In this document: positions 28,579 through 37,052 of the stretch, piece by piece
Numbering within the stretch: the stretch's first letter is position 1
How the letters are laid out: each line of letters starts with the position of its first letter
The notes under the pieces: model-generated
Seen by the model: only the letters and a program-made list of their open reading frames with translations
What the model was told of the DNA's origin: nothing
Database searches by the model: none
Virus record (IMG/VR): IMGVR_UViG_3300036770_005357
From: a virus
Lineage: Duplodnaviria; Caudoviricetes
Strand: one strand, 5' to 3'
DNA: 64,000 bases
Position numbers and translations under genes: made by a program

Positions 28579-29238
28579 TTAGATATAAATCTTCGTTTTT
28601 TCATGTCCAACAACCACTTCTAAATCAACATTTACCTTATAACCTAACCGAGTAGCCTCTCTACACCATGCCACATCCTCCATTGTAAAGTCTTTACATC
28701 CTTTTATATCCACAAATTCAGGCCTAAACCACGGATACTGCATACTCTCAAATACCCCCTTTTTGACCAAAATAAACCCAAAACCTGTATAAACTACCGG
28801 TAAAAGTGTCTTTTCTCGCTTGATTCTGCCTACATCATCAGTCGTCATAAAGTGAAAAGCTTCATTCTTTTTAAACAAATCTTCATCCCATGTTTCAACA
28901 GTTGCATAAGCTTTGCCGCCGTCCATCAAATATAATCCACTTACAATATCTTGCTTATGATCCAATAACCTTTGAAACTGTTGCGCACTAAACAATATAT
29001 CGCTGTCAATCCACATCATATAGTCATAGTCCAATTTGCCATCAAATGGTTTTTGATTTTCTCCTCTTGCAATTGAACCACCCAAACACATGTTACGCAC
29101 ATAATATATGTTGCAACTATATTGCTGGTTAACCATCACTTGATAATTCTTACTATGACAATGTGCAATTAGTTCAGTCCAACATCTCAAAAAATTGCCA
29201 CTATATTCTCTGCCCGGTAAACAAAACAATATCTTCAT
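28579..29238 (-). CDS. Glycosyltransferase (GT-A fold)
   Basis: YDYMMWIDSDILF, DIVSGLY, TGFGFILVKKGVFE, MEDVAWC, VGHEK. Confidence 0.85.
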   Translation of the reverse strand: MKILFCLPGREYSGNFLRCWTELIAHCHSKNYQVMVNQQYSCNIYYVRNMCLGGSIARGENQKPFDGKLDYDYMMWIDSDILFSAQQFQRLLDHKQDIVSGLYLMDGGKAYATVETWDEDLFKKNEAFHFMTTDDVGRIKREKTLLPVVYTGFGFILVKKGVFESMQYPWFRPEFVDIKGCKDFTMEDVAWCREATRLGYKVNVDLEVVVGHEKTKIYI

Positions 29239-29262
29239 AATAATATATATTTTTTAATAAAA

Positions 29263-29335
29263 TGGTAGTCCCATCTGGATTTGAACCAGAACGCTGCGCT
29301 AATCAGGCACAGATGCTACATTACATCATAGGACC
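29263..29335 (-). tRNA. tRNA-Ile(GAT)
   Basis: Loop CTGATTA, short D-loop, CCA. Confidence 0.85.
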
Positions 29336-29344
29336 ATTAAAAAT

Positions 29345-29414
29345 TGGTGGATGTGACTTGAACTGACAACACGAAGTGCTTCAAACTTCTGCTCTACATT
29401 GGAGCTGCTGAGCC
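29345..29414 (-). pseudogene. Degenerate tRNA-Phe(GAA)
   Basis: Anticodon arm GAAGT-TTGAAGC-ACTTC intact; T-stem and acceptor 3' strand partly deleted; CCA retained. Confidence 0.65.
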
Positions 29415-29415
29415 A

Positions 29416-30081
29416 TTAAAAATTGTAATTGGTTCTATATGTTGAAATTATTGCCCATTGATTTTCTGGTTGAAAAGCTTTTGGGAACTTTAAATATGAT
29501 GCGTGACTATCAACAAAAATATATGTAGAGCCACCATTATGCTTTTTAAAATCTAATTCAGTTACATCATTTCCTTTACCTTCAAATATATCCATATAAA
29601 AATGTTTTGATTTACCCGTCTTTTCTCCAAATACAACAGTCTCACTCACAAATGGTATTGAACTAGCTTTCACTGGTTCCTCCAAAACATCCCAATCACC
29701 ATCAAATATATCAAAATAATAATCGTTAAATCCATTGATTATAAAACTTCTATTAGCTTTATTTATATTCGTTTCAACCAAATTATTTGTAAACTTATCT
29801 ACAGGACACATTAACACATTCTGACTTTCAAAGTATGGTTTCAACGCCATCGGCCATTGATTAGTCAAACTTCTTGGCGGTATACTATCACTATAATCAA
29901 TCTTGTATTGTTCTAATCCAATACCCAATTGCCTTGCATTATTTAGACACTTTATTTGTTGCGCTTTGCTTTTTGCACCACTTAAAGCCGGTAATAACAT
30001 ACCAGCCAATATTGCAATAATAGCAATCACCACCAACAATTCTATCAATGTAAATGCACGTCTATTAAAATCTTTATTCAT
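29416..30081 (-). CDS. Prepilin-type N-methylation (pseudopilin) protein, PVC H-X9-DG family
   Basis: [46 protein letters not shown]; [14 protein letters not shown]. Confidence 0.9.
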   Translation of the reverse strand: MNKDFNRRAFTLIELLVVIAIIAILAGMLLPALSGAKSKAQQIKCLNNARQLGIGLEQYKIDYSDSIPPRSLTNQWPMALKPYFESQNVLMCPVDKFTNNLVETNINKANRSFIINGFNDYYFDIFDGDWDVLEEPVKASSIPFVSETVVFGEKTGKSKHFYMDIFEGKGNDVTELDFKKHNGGSTYIFVDSHASYLKFPKAFQPENQWAIISTYRTNYNF

Positions 30082-30103
30082 ATATCATATATATTAAAAA
30101 AAC

Positions 30104-30250
30104 TAGATTGTATGGTTGAATTTGAACCAACGGCTACCTTTACAACTTGTAAGATATCCTACAAGAAAATTTTACGACCTAACATAAGATTTTTACGGGC
30201 TTACCCCATAGTTAGGAATTCTGCTCTACCGCTGAGCTACACATAATCTA
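30104..30250 (-). ncRNA. tRNA-like RNA with extended acceptor stem and multi-helix insert replacing the anticodon arm
   Basis: D-arm TAGCTCAGCGGTAGAGC; T-arm GTTGG-TTCAAAT-TCAAC; 11-bp closing stem with one mismatch; about 90-nt structured centre. Confidence 0.65.
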
Positions 30251-30253
30251 AAA

Positions 30254-30339
30254 TGGTGGGATATGTAGGTAACGCTCCTACCCAGCCCGAAGACAACGCA
30301 TTTACAGTGCGTTCCATGTCTTTAGTGGTATAATATCCC
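30254..30339 (-). tRNA. tRNA-Tyr(GTA), atypical D- and T-loops
   Basis: ACGCA-CTGTAAA-TGCGT; long variable arm; T-loop AGCGTTA; CCA. Confidence 0.85.
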
Positions 30340-30346
30340 ATAAAAT

Positions 30347-30422
30347 TGGCTCCTACCCTCTGATTTGAACAGAGATATTACAAATTAACAGTTTGTCTCA
30401 TTACCAGTTATGATAGATAGGA
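30347..30422 (-). tRNA. tRNA-Asn(GTT)
   Basis: ACAAA-CTGTTAA-TTTGT; G73; CCA. Confidence 0.9.
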
Positions 30423-30438
30423 ATTAAAAACTTAAAAT

Positions 30439-30513
30439 TGGCATAGACGGTGGGTAACGCTCCCACATAAAGCAGTTTTGGAGACTGCTGCATTTCTTGT
30501 CTGCCACGTCTAT
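30439..30513 (-). tRNA. tRNA-Trp(CCA)
   Basis: GCAGT-CTCCAAA-ACTGC; T-loop AGCGTTA; CCA. Confidence 0.9.
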
Positions 30514-30520
30514 ATAAACT

Positions 30521-30601
30521 TGGAGTACCGTGTTGGTAACGCTCCAACCAAAATATTATCAGTTTTGCAGACTGACCCCTTCACTTGTCGGGCAACGGTA
30601 C
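30521..30601 (-). tRNA. tRNA-Cys(GCA)
   Basis: TCAGT-CTGCAAA-ACTGA; U73; T-loop AGCGTTA; CCA. Confidence 0.85.
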
Positions 30602-30608
30602 ATAAATT

Positions 30609-30683
30609 TGGGTTGCTCGATGGGTACTGCCCCCACTTGGGTAGCTTCACAAACTACGACATTACTTTTATGTTACGAGCAAC
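30609..30683 (-). tRNA. tRNA-His(GTG)
   Basis: G-1:C73; GTAGT-TTGTGAA-GCTAC; T-loop GGCAGTA; CCA. Confidence 0.9.
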
Positions 30684-30729
30684 ATTGAAATGGAGCCAGA
30701 GTAAAACTTGAAAAATATTTAATTTAAAT

Positions 30730-30821
30730 TGGAGCCTCCAGTCAGATTCGAACTGACAAAGGGTTATTAACCCATACTTGTTTACAAAACAAGGCCGATA
30801 ACCAATTCCGGTCATAGAGGC
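30730..30821 (-). tRNA. tRNA-Thr(TGT) with long variable arm
   Basis: CTTGT-TTTGTAA-ACAAG; G1-C72, C2-G71, U73; variable arm GGGT-TAAT-AACCC; CCA. Confidence 0.75.
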
Positions 30822-30867
30822 ATTAAAATTTTCCTTACTTCAACATTCACGGAAATCACCTCAACAA

Positions 30868-30988
30868 TTCCGTCATCGCCCTTTGGGTTCTGTACGATAC
30901 ATATCACCTACGGACCAATCAATTGATTTTTTGAGATCTTTACCCCTTTTATTATCTCAGGGAGGTTCAACAGATGGAGTTTCAAACC
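30868..30988 (-). ncRNA. Unidentified structured RNA motif, copy 2 (tRNA-operon leader)
   Basis: Homologous to 21743-21831, with a larger variable insert. Confidence 0.6.
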
Positions 30989-31001
30989 TTATTGTTTATT
31001 T

Positions 31002-31029
31002 ACTATATCATAGTTTTACAAATCGTCAA
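31002..31029 (-). promoter_or_regulatory. Sigma70-type promoter of tRNA operon 2
   Basis: TTGACG-N16-TATAGT. Confidence 0.8.
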
Positions 31030-31211
31030 TAACCAAAATAAAAAACCGCCACTTTTTAAGGTGACGGTTAATATTGTTTGACTTCCAACCCTATACAATA
31101 TCACCGACACCACACTTACAATTCGTAAATGTATGCCACTTAATATTATCTGTATAATAGTTGTTCATCGTTACATCAATATATATCACTTTATTTTAAA
31201 AAAGTCAAATA

Positions 31212-32852
31212 TTATTTTTCTAGAAAATACAATCGATCTTCAATTATTAAATAATCTACAATTCCATTTATTAAATGATTCACCGCATTTTCAGGCCAAC
31301 ATACGATTGGTTCTTCATGTACATTAAATGATGTATTCACTAATAAAGGAATGCCTGTCAGATTATAAAACGATATCAATATATCATATAATAATTTATT
31401 TTTTTCTTTATATACTAATTGTATTCTAGCGGTTTTGTCAACAGGATGAACTGCAGCGGGTATACGATCCTGCCATTCGACTTTTGTATCATATAACATC
31501 GTCATAAATTCCGCTGTATATCTACTTTTATTAATATCAAAAACTTGATCTGCATATTTTGCCAAAACAACAGGTGCAAATGGCATAAAATCGTTACGTT
31601 GCAATCGATCGTTTAATTTTTTATAAGTTTCTTTTTTAGATGCATCTGCCAATATAGTTCTATTTCCCAATGCACGTGGACCGTATTCCATTCGACCTTG
31701 AAATAGTCCGATTATATTTCCATTATATAATAAATTTGCAATTTTATTTGAATCTAAATTTTCAATTTTAAATTTATAATCTTTAAATGTTATATTAATT
31801 GTATCATCAATTTCTTCTTTGGAATAAGAACTACCAAGATAAACATCGTTCAATTTAAAAACTTTTTTATGTTCATTGGATTGACACATTAGAGCAGATC
31901 CCAATGTCAAACCTTCATCACCCATAGGCGGCGTAATATAAACTTCATCTACCCAATCTAATTCATTTATCTTTTTATTTAATTTTACATTTGCAAATAC
32001 TCCACCACTCAAACATAATTTTTTGTATTCAGGATATGTTTTATGTAAGTTATTTAATATCTGTAAAATTTTTTCTTCAAAAATATATTGTCCTGTATAT
32101 GCATAATTAGATAAATTTTTTTTATTTTTATAGTATACATCCCCCATAAATTCAAAATATCGTTTGTAAAACTCCGTGAAGATATATTCAAAATTTTTGC
32201 CATATGGCATTTTTTTTGTAGAAACATGTTTAATATCACCAATTATATCATTATATATTTTATAAATATATTCATCAAAACAACCATGAGAAGACATACC
32301 TACAATTTTACCTTCATCTTTTAATCGTTTAAATCCCAGAAATTCTGTCAGTAAACAATAAAACATTCCCAATGAAACACAATCATCAGTAATACCATCA
32401 ACATATTTTAATTCATTATTTTCACCCAAATAATACTTTGCAGAATAACCATCGCCACTACCATCCATAGATATAACTAAACATTTATCATTAATAAATC
32501 CACTTGTATAATACGCCAAAACACAGTGAGCATCGTGATGATCATAAAATTTAACCTTATCTTTAAGATCAGATATATCAATAAACTGTGATAAACATTT
32601 ATTTATAAATTCATCACATTTTTCGTTGTCATGTGGAAATAAAAAATAATCGATTGATTTAAAATCCAACTTATTCTTATAAAATAGTTCCAACAAACAC
32701 ATGTAAGGAAATCTAAATGTAGATTGATCAAAATCTATACACGATTTTATTCTAGTAAATCGTTCTTCCTCATAACAATATAAAATATTGCCGTTATCAA
32801 CTAATGTAATTCCAGCACAATGAGTTCCATATACAATAGATAAAATTTTCAT
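31212..32852 (-). CDS. Carbamoyltransferase (NodU/CmcH family)
   Basis: EEERFTRIK, DHHDAH, MDGSGDG, EGKIVG, SGGVFANVKLN, PPMGDEGLTLG, GRMEYGPRALGNRTILAD, LLVNTSFNVHEEPIV. Confidence 0.95.
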   Translation of the reverse strand: MKILSIVYGTHCAGITLVDNGNILYCYEEERFTRIKSCIDFDQSTFRFPYMCLLELFYKNKLDFKSIDYFLFPHDNEKCDEFINKCLSQFIDISDLKDKVKFYDHHDAHCVLAYYTSGFINDKCLVISMDGSGDGYSAKYYLGENNELKYVDGITDDCVSLGMFYCLLTEFLGFKRLKDEGKIVGMSSHGCFDEYIYKIYNDIIGDIKHVSTKKMPYGKNFEYIFTEFYKRYFEFMGDVYYKNKKNLSNYAYTGQYIFEEKILQILNNLHKTYPEYKKLCLSGGVFANVKLNKKINELDWVDEVYITPPMGDEGLTLGSALMCQSNEHKKVFKLNDVYLGSSYSKEEIDDTINITFKDYKFKIENLDSNKIANLLYNGNIIGLFQGRMEYGPRALGNRTILADASKKETYKKLNDRLQRNDFMPFAPVVLAKYADQVFDINKSRYTAEFMTMLYDTKVEWQDRIPAAVHPVDKTARIQLVYKEKNKLLYDILISFYNLTGIPLLVNTSFNVHEEPIVCWPENAVNHLINGIVDYLIIEDRLYFLEK

Positions 32853-32861
32853 ACATCAACT

Positions 32862-33005
32862 TTAATATTTTTTACTGAAATTCCGTATCACCCTATATAA
32901 CGCATAGATACTATACACCACCAAACTACTCAACGCAACCAATCCACAACTGCTGCCAACAGTAATTACCCACCCCAATACAATCCTCTGTTCTTCATTC
33001 AACAT
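32862..33005 (-). CDS. Small single-TM protein (47 aa)
   Basis: Hand translation MLNEEQRIVLGWVITVGSSCGLVALSSLVVYSIYALYRVIRNFSKKY. Confidence 0.5.
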   Translation of the reverse strand: MLNEEQRIVLGWVITVGSSCGLVALSSLVVYSIYALYRVIRNFSKKY

Positions 33006-33102
33006 AACTTGTATTCACATATATAATGCAAAATATATCCTAAGAAATATTTTAATTTAAAAAAAAATCATTAGCAAAAAATCAAATAGATATAATTAAC
33101 TT

Positions 33103-33771
33103 ATGCACAATTTTACAGTAGATTATAGCGACGGATTACTTATTAATAATAATTTTTTTGATACGGAATATGTAAAAGATAAACATATGCATTATATGGT
33201 TAAAACATACTTTCTACACAAAAAAATTAAACGAAGCCTACAAACTCACCCAGATCAATTAGGCATAACCGCAACAATCGAAGAATTAGAAACTTCAACA
33301 GATAAAACTCACCTGACAACAAATAATTGTAATTTAGGTTGTTGGCTCATACCAAGTTTCGTAAAACATTTTGTACCGTATTATATAGAAATTTATTACA
33401 ATAATGAGTTATACACAACAGATACTCTTGATTGTAAATTCAAATTGGTAAACTTTACTCTACACCCAAAAGACGATAGAGAATTATATGTGTGGATGAA
33501 TGTAATAGAAAAATTTAAACGAGATATGCAATGCGATATATCAATAAAAAATGATACAGTATACTCAACAACCGAATTCGATAATATCGTAGATGTAAAA
33601 TATAAAACAGATGATCCAAATAAACAATATTATCTGGGATTACATGTAGGTAGATATTATATTCCAAATACCCAAATACCAGATATAAATTATCACCCAA
33701 ATCAATTGCATAATAAAAATTCGCTGGATATAATTAACGATATACTACACTACTACACTTATATCATATGA
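33103..33771 (+). CDS. Hypothetical protein (glycan-modification cluster)
   Basis: ORF track; operon with the next two genes. Confidence 0.6.
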   Translation: MHNFTVDYSDGLLINNNFFDTEYVKDKHMHYMVKTYFLHKKIKRSLQTHPDQLGITATIEELETSTDKTHLTTNNCNLGCWLIPSFVKHFVPYYIEIYYNNELYTTDTLDCKFKLVNFTLHPKDDRELYVWMNVIEKFKRDMQCDISIKNDTVYSTTEFDNIVDVKYKTDDPNKQYYLGLHVGRYYIPNTQIPDINYHPNQLHNKNSLDIINDILHYYTYII

Positions 33772-34433
33772 ACGATACGGTATTAATGATAATGTCCATC
33801 CGTAACATTCAGTCCGTAATAGATTGTAATAATAAATTAAATTGTGAAAAAATTTGGTTCAAAGGATACAAAGAATATGAATTAGCACCAATTATTAATG
33901 ACTTCATAGAAAATTCAAATTTCAAATACTACTTCATCACAAGCGATGACGCCTTATTAAATCATAATCACTTCGAATCATTAAAACATAATCTACAGTT
34001 CTATGATATATTAAGCGCATGGTGCCTAATACGACAAAACGCACACTATACCACCATAGTAAAACCAGAAAAATTCGAAAACTATATTTTTAAACCAAGT
34101 TTTACAACAAGTAAATTCACAAATAATTTTCATACCCATTGCTACAAAACTCACGAAATTAACAGTCTTCCAGATATAATACATACCGCTTTCACCGGTT
34201 GGTGCTACACAGGTATGAAAAAACACATCTGGAAAGAATACCCATTTCAAACTCTAAGTTGGCCATACAGTAGTTCAGATCTGCTCTTCAGTAGACGAAT
34301 AGAATCAGATAAAAAATATAAACAACATATCCTAAAAAAAGCACACGCAATACACCTAAGCCACTTTTATAACAAAAGCTACTTCGACCCATCCACTTGC
34401 TTCAATAATAAAGAAATAGTCAAAACATTCTGA
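33768..34433 (+). CDS. Divergent glycosyltransferase-like protein
   Basis: YYFITSDD, SSSDLLF, KAHAIHL GT-A-like motifs. Confidence 0.55.
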   Translation: MNDTVLMIMSIRNIQSVIDCNNKLNCEKIWFKGYKEYELAPIINDFIENSNFKYYFITSDDALLNHNHFESLKHNLQFYDILSAWCLIRQNAHYTTIVKPEKFENYIFKPSFTTSKFTNNFHTHCYKTHEINSLPDIIHTAFTGWCYTGMKKHIWKEYPFQTLSWPYSSSDLLFSRRIESDKKYKQHILKKAHAIHLSHFYNKSYFDPSTCFNNKEIVKTF

Positions 34434-34435
34434 AT

Positions 34436-34903
34436 ATGATCTTCATTCATCCTACCGCAATAATCGATACACAACCCCAAAATATAGGAGAAAATACAAA
34501 AATATGGGCATTCTCCCATATATGCAAAAATACTACCATAGGTAAAAATTGTGTCATAGGTGAAGGCGTATACATCGGACCCAATGTAACCATAGGCGAT
34601 AATTGCAAAATACAAAACCATAGCCTAATATACGAAGGACTATACATAGAAGATAATGTATTCATCGGACCTAATGTTGTAACCACCAATGATATATTTC
34701 CACGCGCCCTAGGCGACTGGTCCTCAAAATTTAGAAAAACTCTAATAAAAAAAGGAGCAAGTATCTGCGCAAATACTACCATTATCTGCGGCACCACCAT
34801 AGGCGAAAACGCAATGATAGGAGCAGGATCCGTAGTTTCAAAAAATATTAAACCAAATTATATCGCATACGGTAACCCAGCAAGACATGTTAGACCCATA
34901 TAA
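34436..34903 (+). CDS. Hexapeptide-repeat sugar N-acetyltransferase (WbpD/WxcM-like)
   Basis: IHPTAIID...IGENTKIWAFSHI...GPNVVTTND...GAGSVVSK...YGNPAR. Confidence 0.95.
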   Translation: MIFIHPTAIIDTQPQNIGENTKIWAFSHICKNTTIGKNCVIGEGVYIGPNVTIGDNCKIQNHSLIYEGLYIEDNVFIGPNVVTTNDIFPRALGDWSSKFRKTLIKKGASICANTTIICGTTIGENAMIGAGSVVSKNIKPNYIAYGNPARHVRPI

Positions 34904-34909
34904 TATATG

Positions 34910-35210
34910 CAAATTTCCCATATAAAAAATTTTCCCCACTGCTAAATTACAACCCACTATAAAAAAGTCAAAAAGTACCCCACAAAAACCGCAACAAACA
35001 CATATGCAAAGTTCCCAACAAAAAAACTACCATGTGTGTTGTATGGCTCCCCGCGCGGGGGTGGCGCGGGGTCTTTCCATGTTCAGAACCACTTGACGGG
35101 GCTGCGGGGTGGGGAGGGCCGTCAACTTATATAAAAAGGGTGGAGATATATACCCCCACCCCCGTCAAGCACTTATTTAAGGTACCCCCGCTTGGGGTAC
35201 CCCTAAGCAC
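34910..35210. other. GC-rich non-coding junction with G-quadruplex motif and palindromes
   Basis: GGGG-ctgc-GGGG-t-GGGG-a-GGG at 35098-35118; ggtacccc...ggggtacc palindrome at about 35181-35200. Confidence 0.6.
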
Positions 35211-35729
35211 TTAGTGCCACTCACTGAAGAACTGAGGCTTGCCGTTCCAAGGAAACGCCGTGGAGTAGCTGCTAATCTTAAAGTGGACAGAGCCGTCATT
35301 GTAAACCTTGATACGAGCGGTCTTCACTTCGGTACCGATAGCAGTTTCATCAGGCATACACTCACCGGACATGGGTCCATTGTAGTTACGAGTCTCACCG
35401 ATACTGACATACTTCACGCTATTGGGAAGAACGGCCACGATCTTATAAAAATCCACATTGGTCTGTTCATAACCCCAAGAGCAACTAAAAATATCACCAA
35501 CCTTGACATTAGCCTTAGGCGACTCAGCCTTGGTGACATCGGACTGTCTGACGACGAGGTTGTAGTGAGCGTTCTCGGGAGTGGTGTAGAGCGTACCGTC
35601 ACGCTTGGCCTTCCAGACTCGGCACTTGGTACCGGCGGTGACGACGGTGTTGTAGCTGGTGACGTTGGAGTTGAGGGTGACATAATCACCACGACGAACG
35701 GAGGACTTGGTAGCAGAGGTAGTAGTCAT
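35211..35729 (-). CDS. Early hypothetical protein
   Basis: VGDIFSCSWGYEQTNVDFYKIV phage motif; own promoter TTGACA-N16-TACACT at 35742-35769. Confidence 0.75.
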   Translation of the reverse strand: MTTTSATKSSVRRGDYVTLNSNVTSYNTVVTAGTKCRVWKAKRDGTLYTTPENAHYNLVVRQSDVTKAESPKANVKVGDIFSCSWGYEQTNVDFYKIVAVLPNSVKYVSIGETRNYNGPMSGECMPDETAIGTEVKTARIKVYNDGSVHFKISSYSTAFPWNGKPQFFSEWH

Positions 35730-35777
35730 ATTACGGATAAGAGTGTATCAGGTTTTTTGGTAGTGTCAACAGCTTTT

Positions 35778-35933
35778 TTATTCGGTATAGTCGGTCATGC
35801 GACTGTTACGGAGGAGGAAGGCTTCAAAGGCGTCCATGTCGGTGGTTTCGTCTTCGGTGTAGATCTCTTCAACGGAGATCCGGACCATATCGTGGAGTTC
35901 GTTGTCGGTGTTGGTGTTGTTGATGTCGTTCAT
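35778..35933 (-). CDS. Early acidic protein (51 aa)
   Basis: Hand translation MNDINNTNTDNELHDMVRISVEEIYTEDETTDMDAFEAFLLRNSRMTDYTE; promoter directly upstream. Confidence 0.6.
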   Translation of the reverse strand: MNDINNTNTDNELHDMVRISVEEIYTEDETTDMDAFEAFLLRNSRMTDYTE

Positions 35934-35990
35934 TGTGGGAACAGTGTAGACGAACTGTATGGGAAGTCAAGCCCCTCTTGAACTATTTTT

Positions 35991-36179
35991 TTAGACACCG
36001 GCGACAAATCCAGCCCGCTTGTTACGCTCCCACATCACATCCTCAAGCGTGAACCAAGCTCCATCCCTGCGACGAGGATGATTAGCAACATCAGCTTCCA
36101 GCTTATTTACATAATCTTGATCCACCTCATTCCAACCAAAGCTAGCACATTGATAATAAGTGTCGTTGATACAAACAAT
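35991..36179 (-). pseudogene. Start-less 3' fragment paralogous to the C-terminus of 37024-37380
   Basis: IVCINDTYYQCASFGWNEV...NHPRRRDGAWF vs VVCINGRYHMCKSLGWKEI...NHPNRINGSWF. Confidence 0.7.
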
Positions 36180-36221
36180 GTTTTTGTAACTTTTTATCTA
36201 TCTTGGTAATACTTATATCAT

Positions 36222-37052
36222 ATGACTATTACAACACAAGGCGGCATCTATAAAATTGTCAACAAACTAAATGGAAAATATTATGTTGGTAGGACCAAAA
36301 ACTTTAAGAAGAGATGGTATGATCACAGGAAACGATTGCGGAAAAACTGTCACATAAACTCACATTTACAACGTGCGTGGAACAAAGATGGAGAACATTC
36401 ATTTGAATTTGTAATTACGGAAATTATTGATGTCACAATTTGTCATAAAGAAACCGAACAAAAGTATATAGATCAACTTATTGAAGATCGCAAAAATGGA
36501 ATCGACAATAGTTATAACATTAGTGAAAGTTCAGATGGACCAACATTATTCGGTAACAAAAATGGAATGTTTGGTAGAAAACACAGCAATGAGTCCAAAA
36601 ATTTAATGTCTAACAATAGACGAGGTAAAAAACATACCGAAGAAACTAAAAAAATGTGGAGTGAACGTCGAAAAGGAAAACCTTCGTGGAACAAGGGGAT
36701 GGAAATGTCAGAAGAATATCGTAAAAAATTATCTATTATCAGAAAAGGCAGAAGACATTCTGTAGAGACTAAAAGGAAAATTTCGTTATCTCAACTTAGA
36801 GAAAAAAATCACCGATTTGGCAAGCGACCAACAGAAAATCAAATAAACAAAATGGTTGATGTTATAGTTGATAAAACTATTTACACTTGGAAAAATGACA
36901 AGTTGTTACGTACAGAAAATATGACCCGAAGAGATTTTTATAAAAAATACAACATACCAGCATCCAACATATGTGATCTTATTAAAGGAAAAAGAAAATC
37001 TGTTTATGGATGGTATATTGAAACTAGTTCGCCCAACGGGGTTCTCGTATAA
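36222..37052 (+). CDS. GIY-YIG homing endonuclease with NUMOD3-like repeats
   Basis: GIYKIVNKLNGKYYVG...RWYDHR...HLQRAWNK; MFGRKHSNESK; HTEETKKMWS. Confidence 0.95.
   Translation: MTITTQGGIYKIVNKLNGKYYVGRTKNFKKRWYDHRKRLRKNCHINSHLQRAWNKDGEHSFEFVITEIIDVTICHKETEQKYIDQLIEDRKNGIDNSYNISESSDGPTLFGNKNGMFGRKHSNESKNLMSNNRRGKKHTEETKKMWSERRKGKPSWNKGMEMSEEYRKKLSIIRKGRRHSVETKRKISLSQLREKNHRFGKRPTENQINKMVDVIVDKTIYTWKNDKLLRTENMTRRDFYKKYNIPASNICDLIKGKRKSVYGWYIETSSPNGVLV

Noticed and set aside
30690-30710. TGGAGCC...CTTG tRNA 3'-end remnant
   Set aside because: Too short to call; at most a deletion scar
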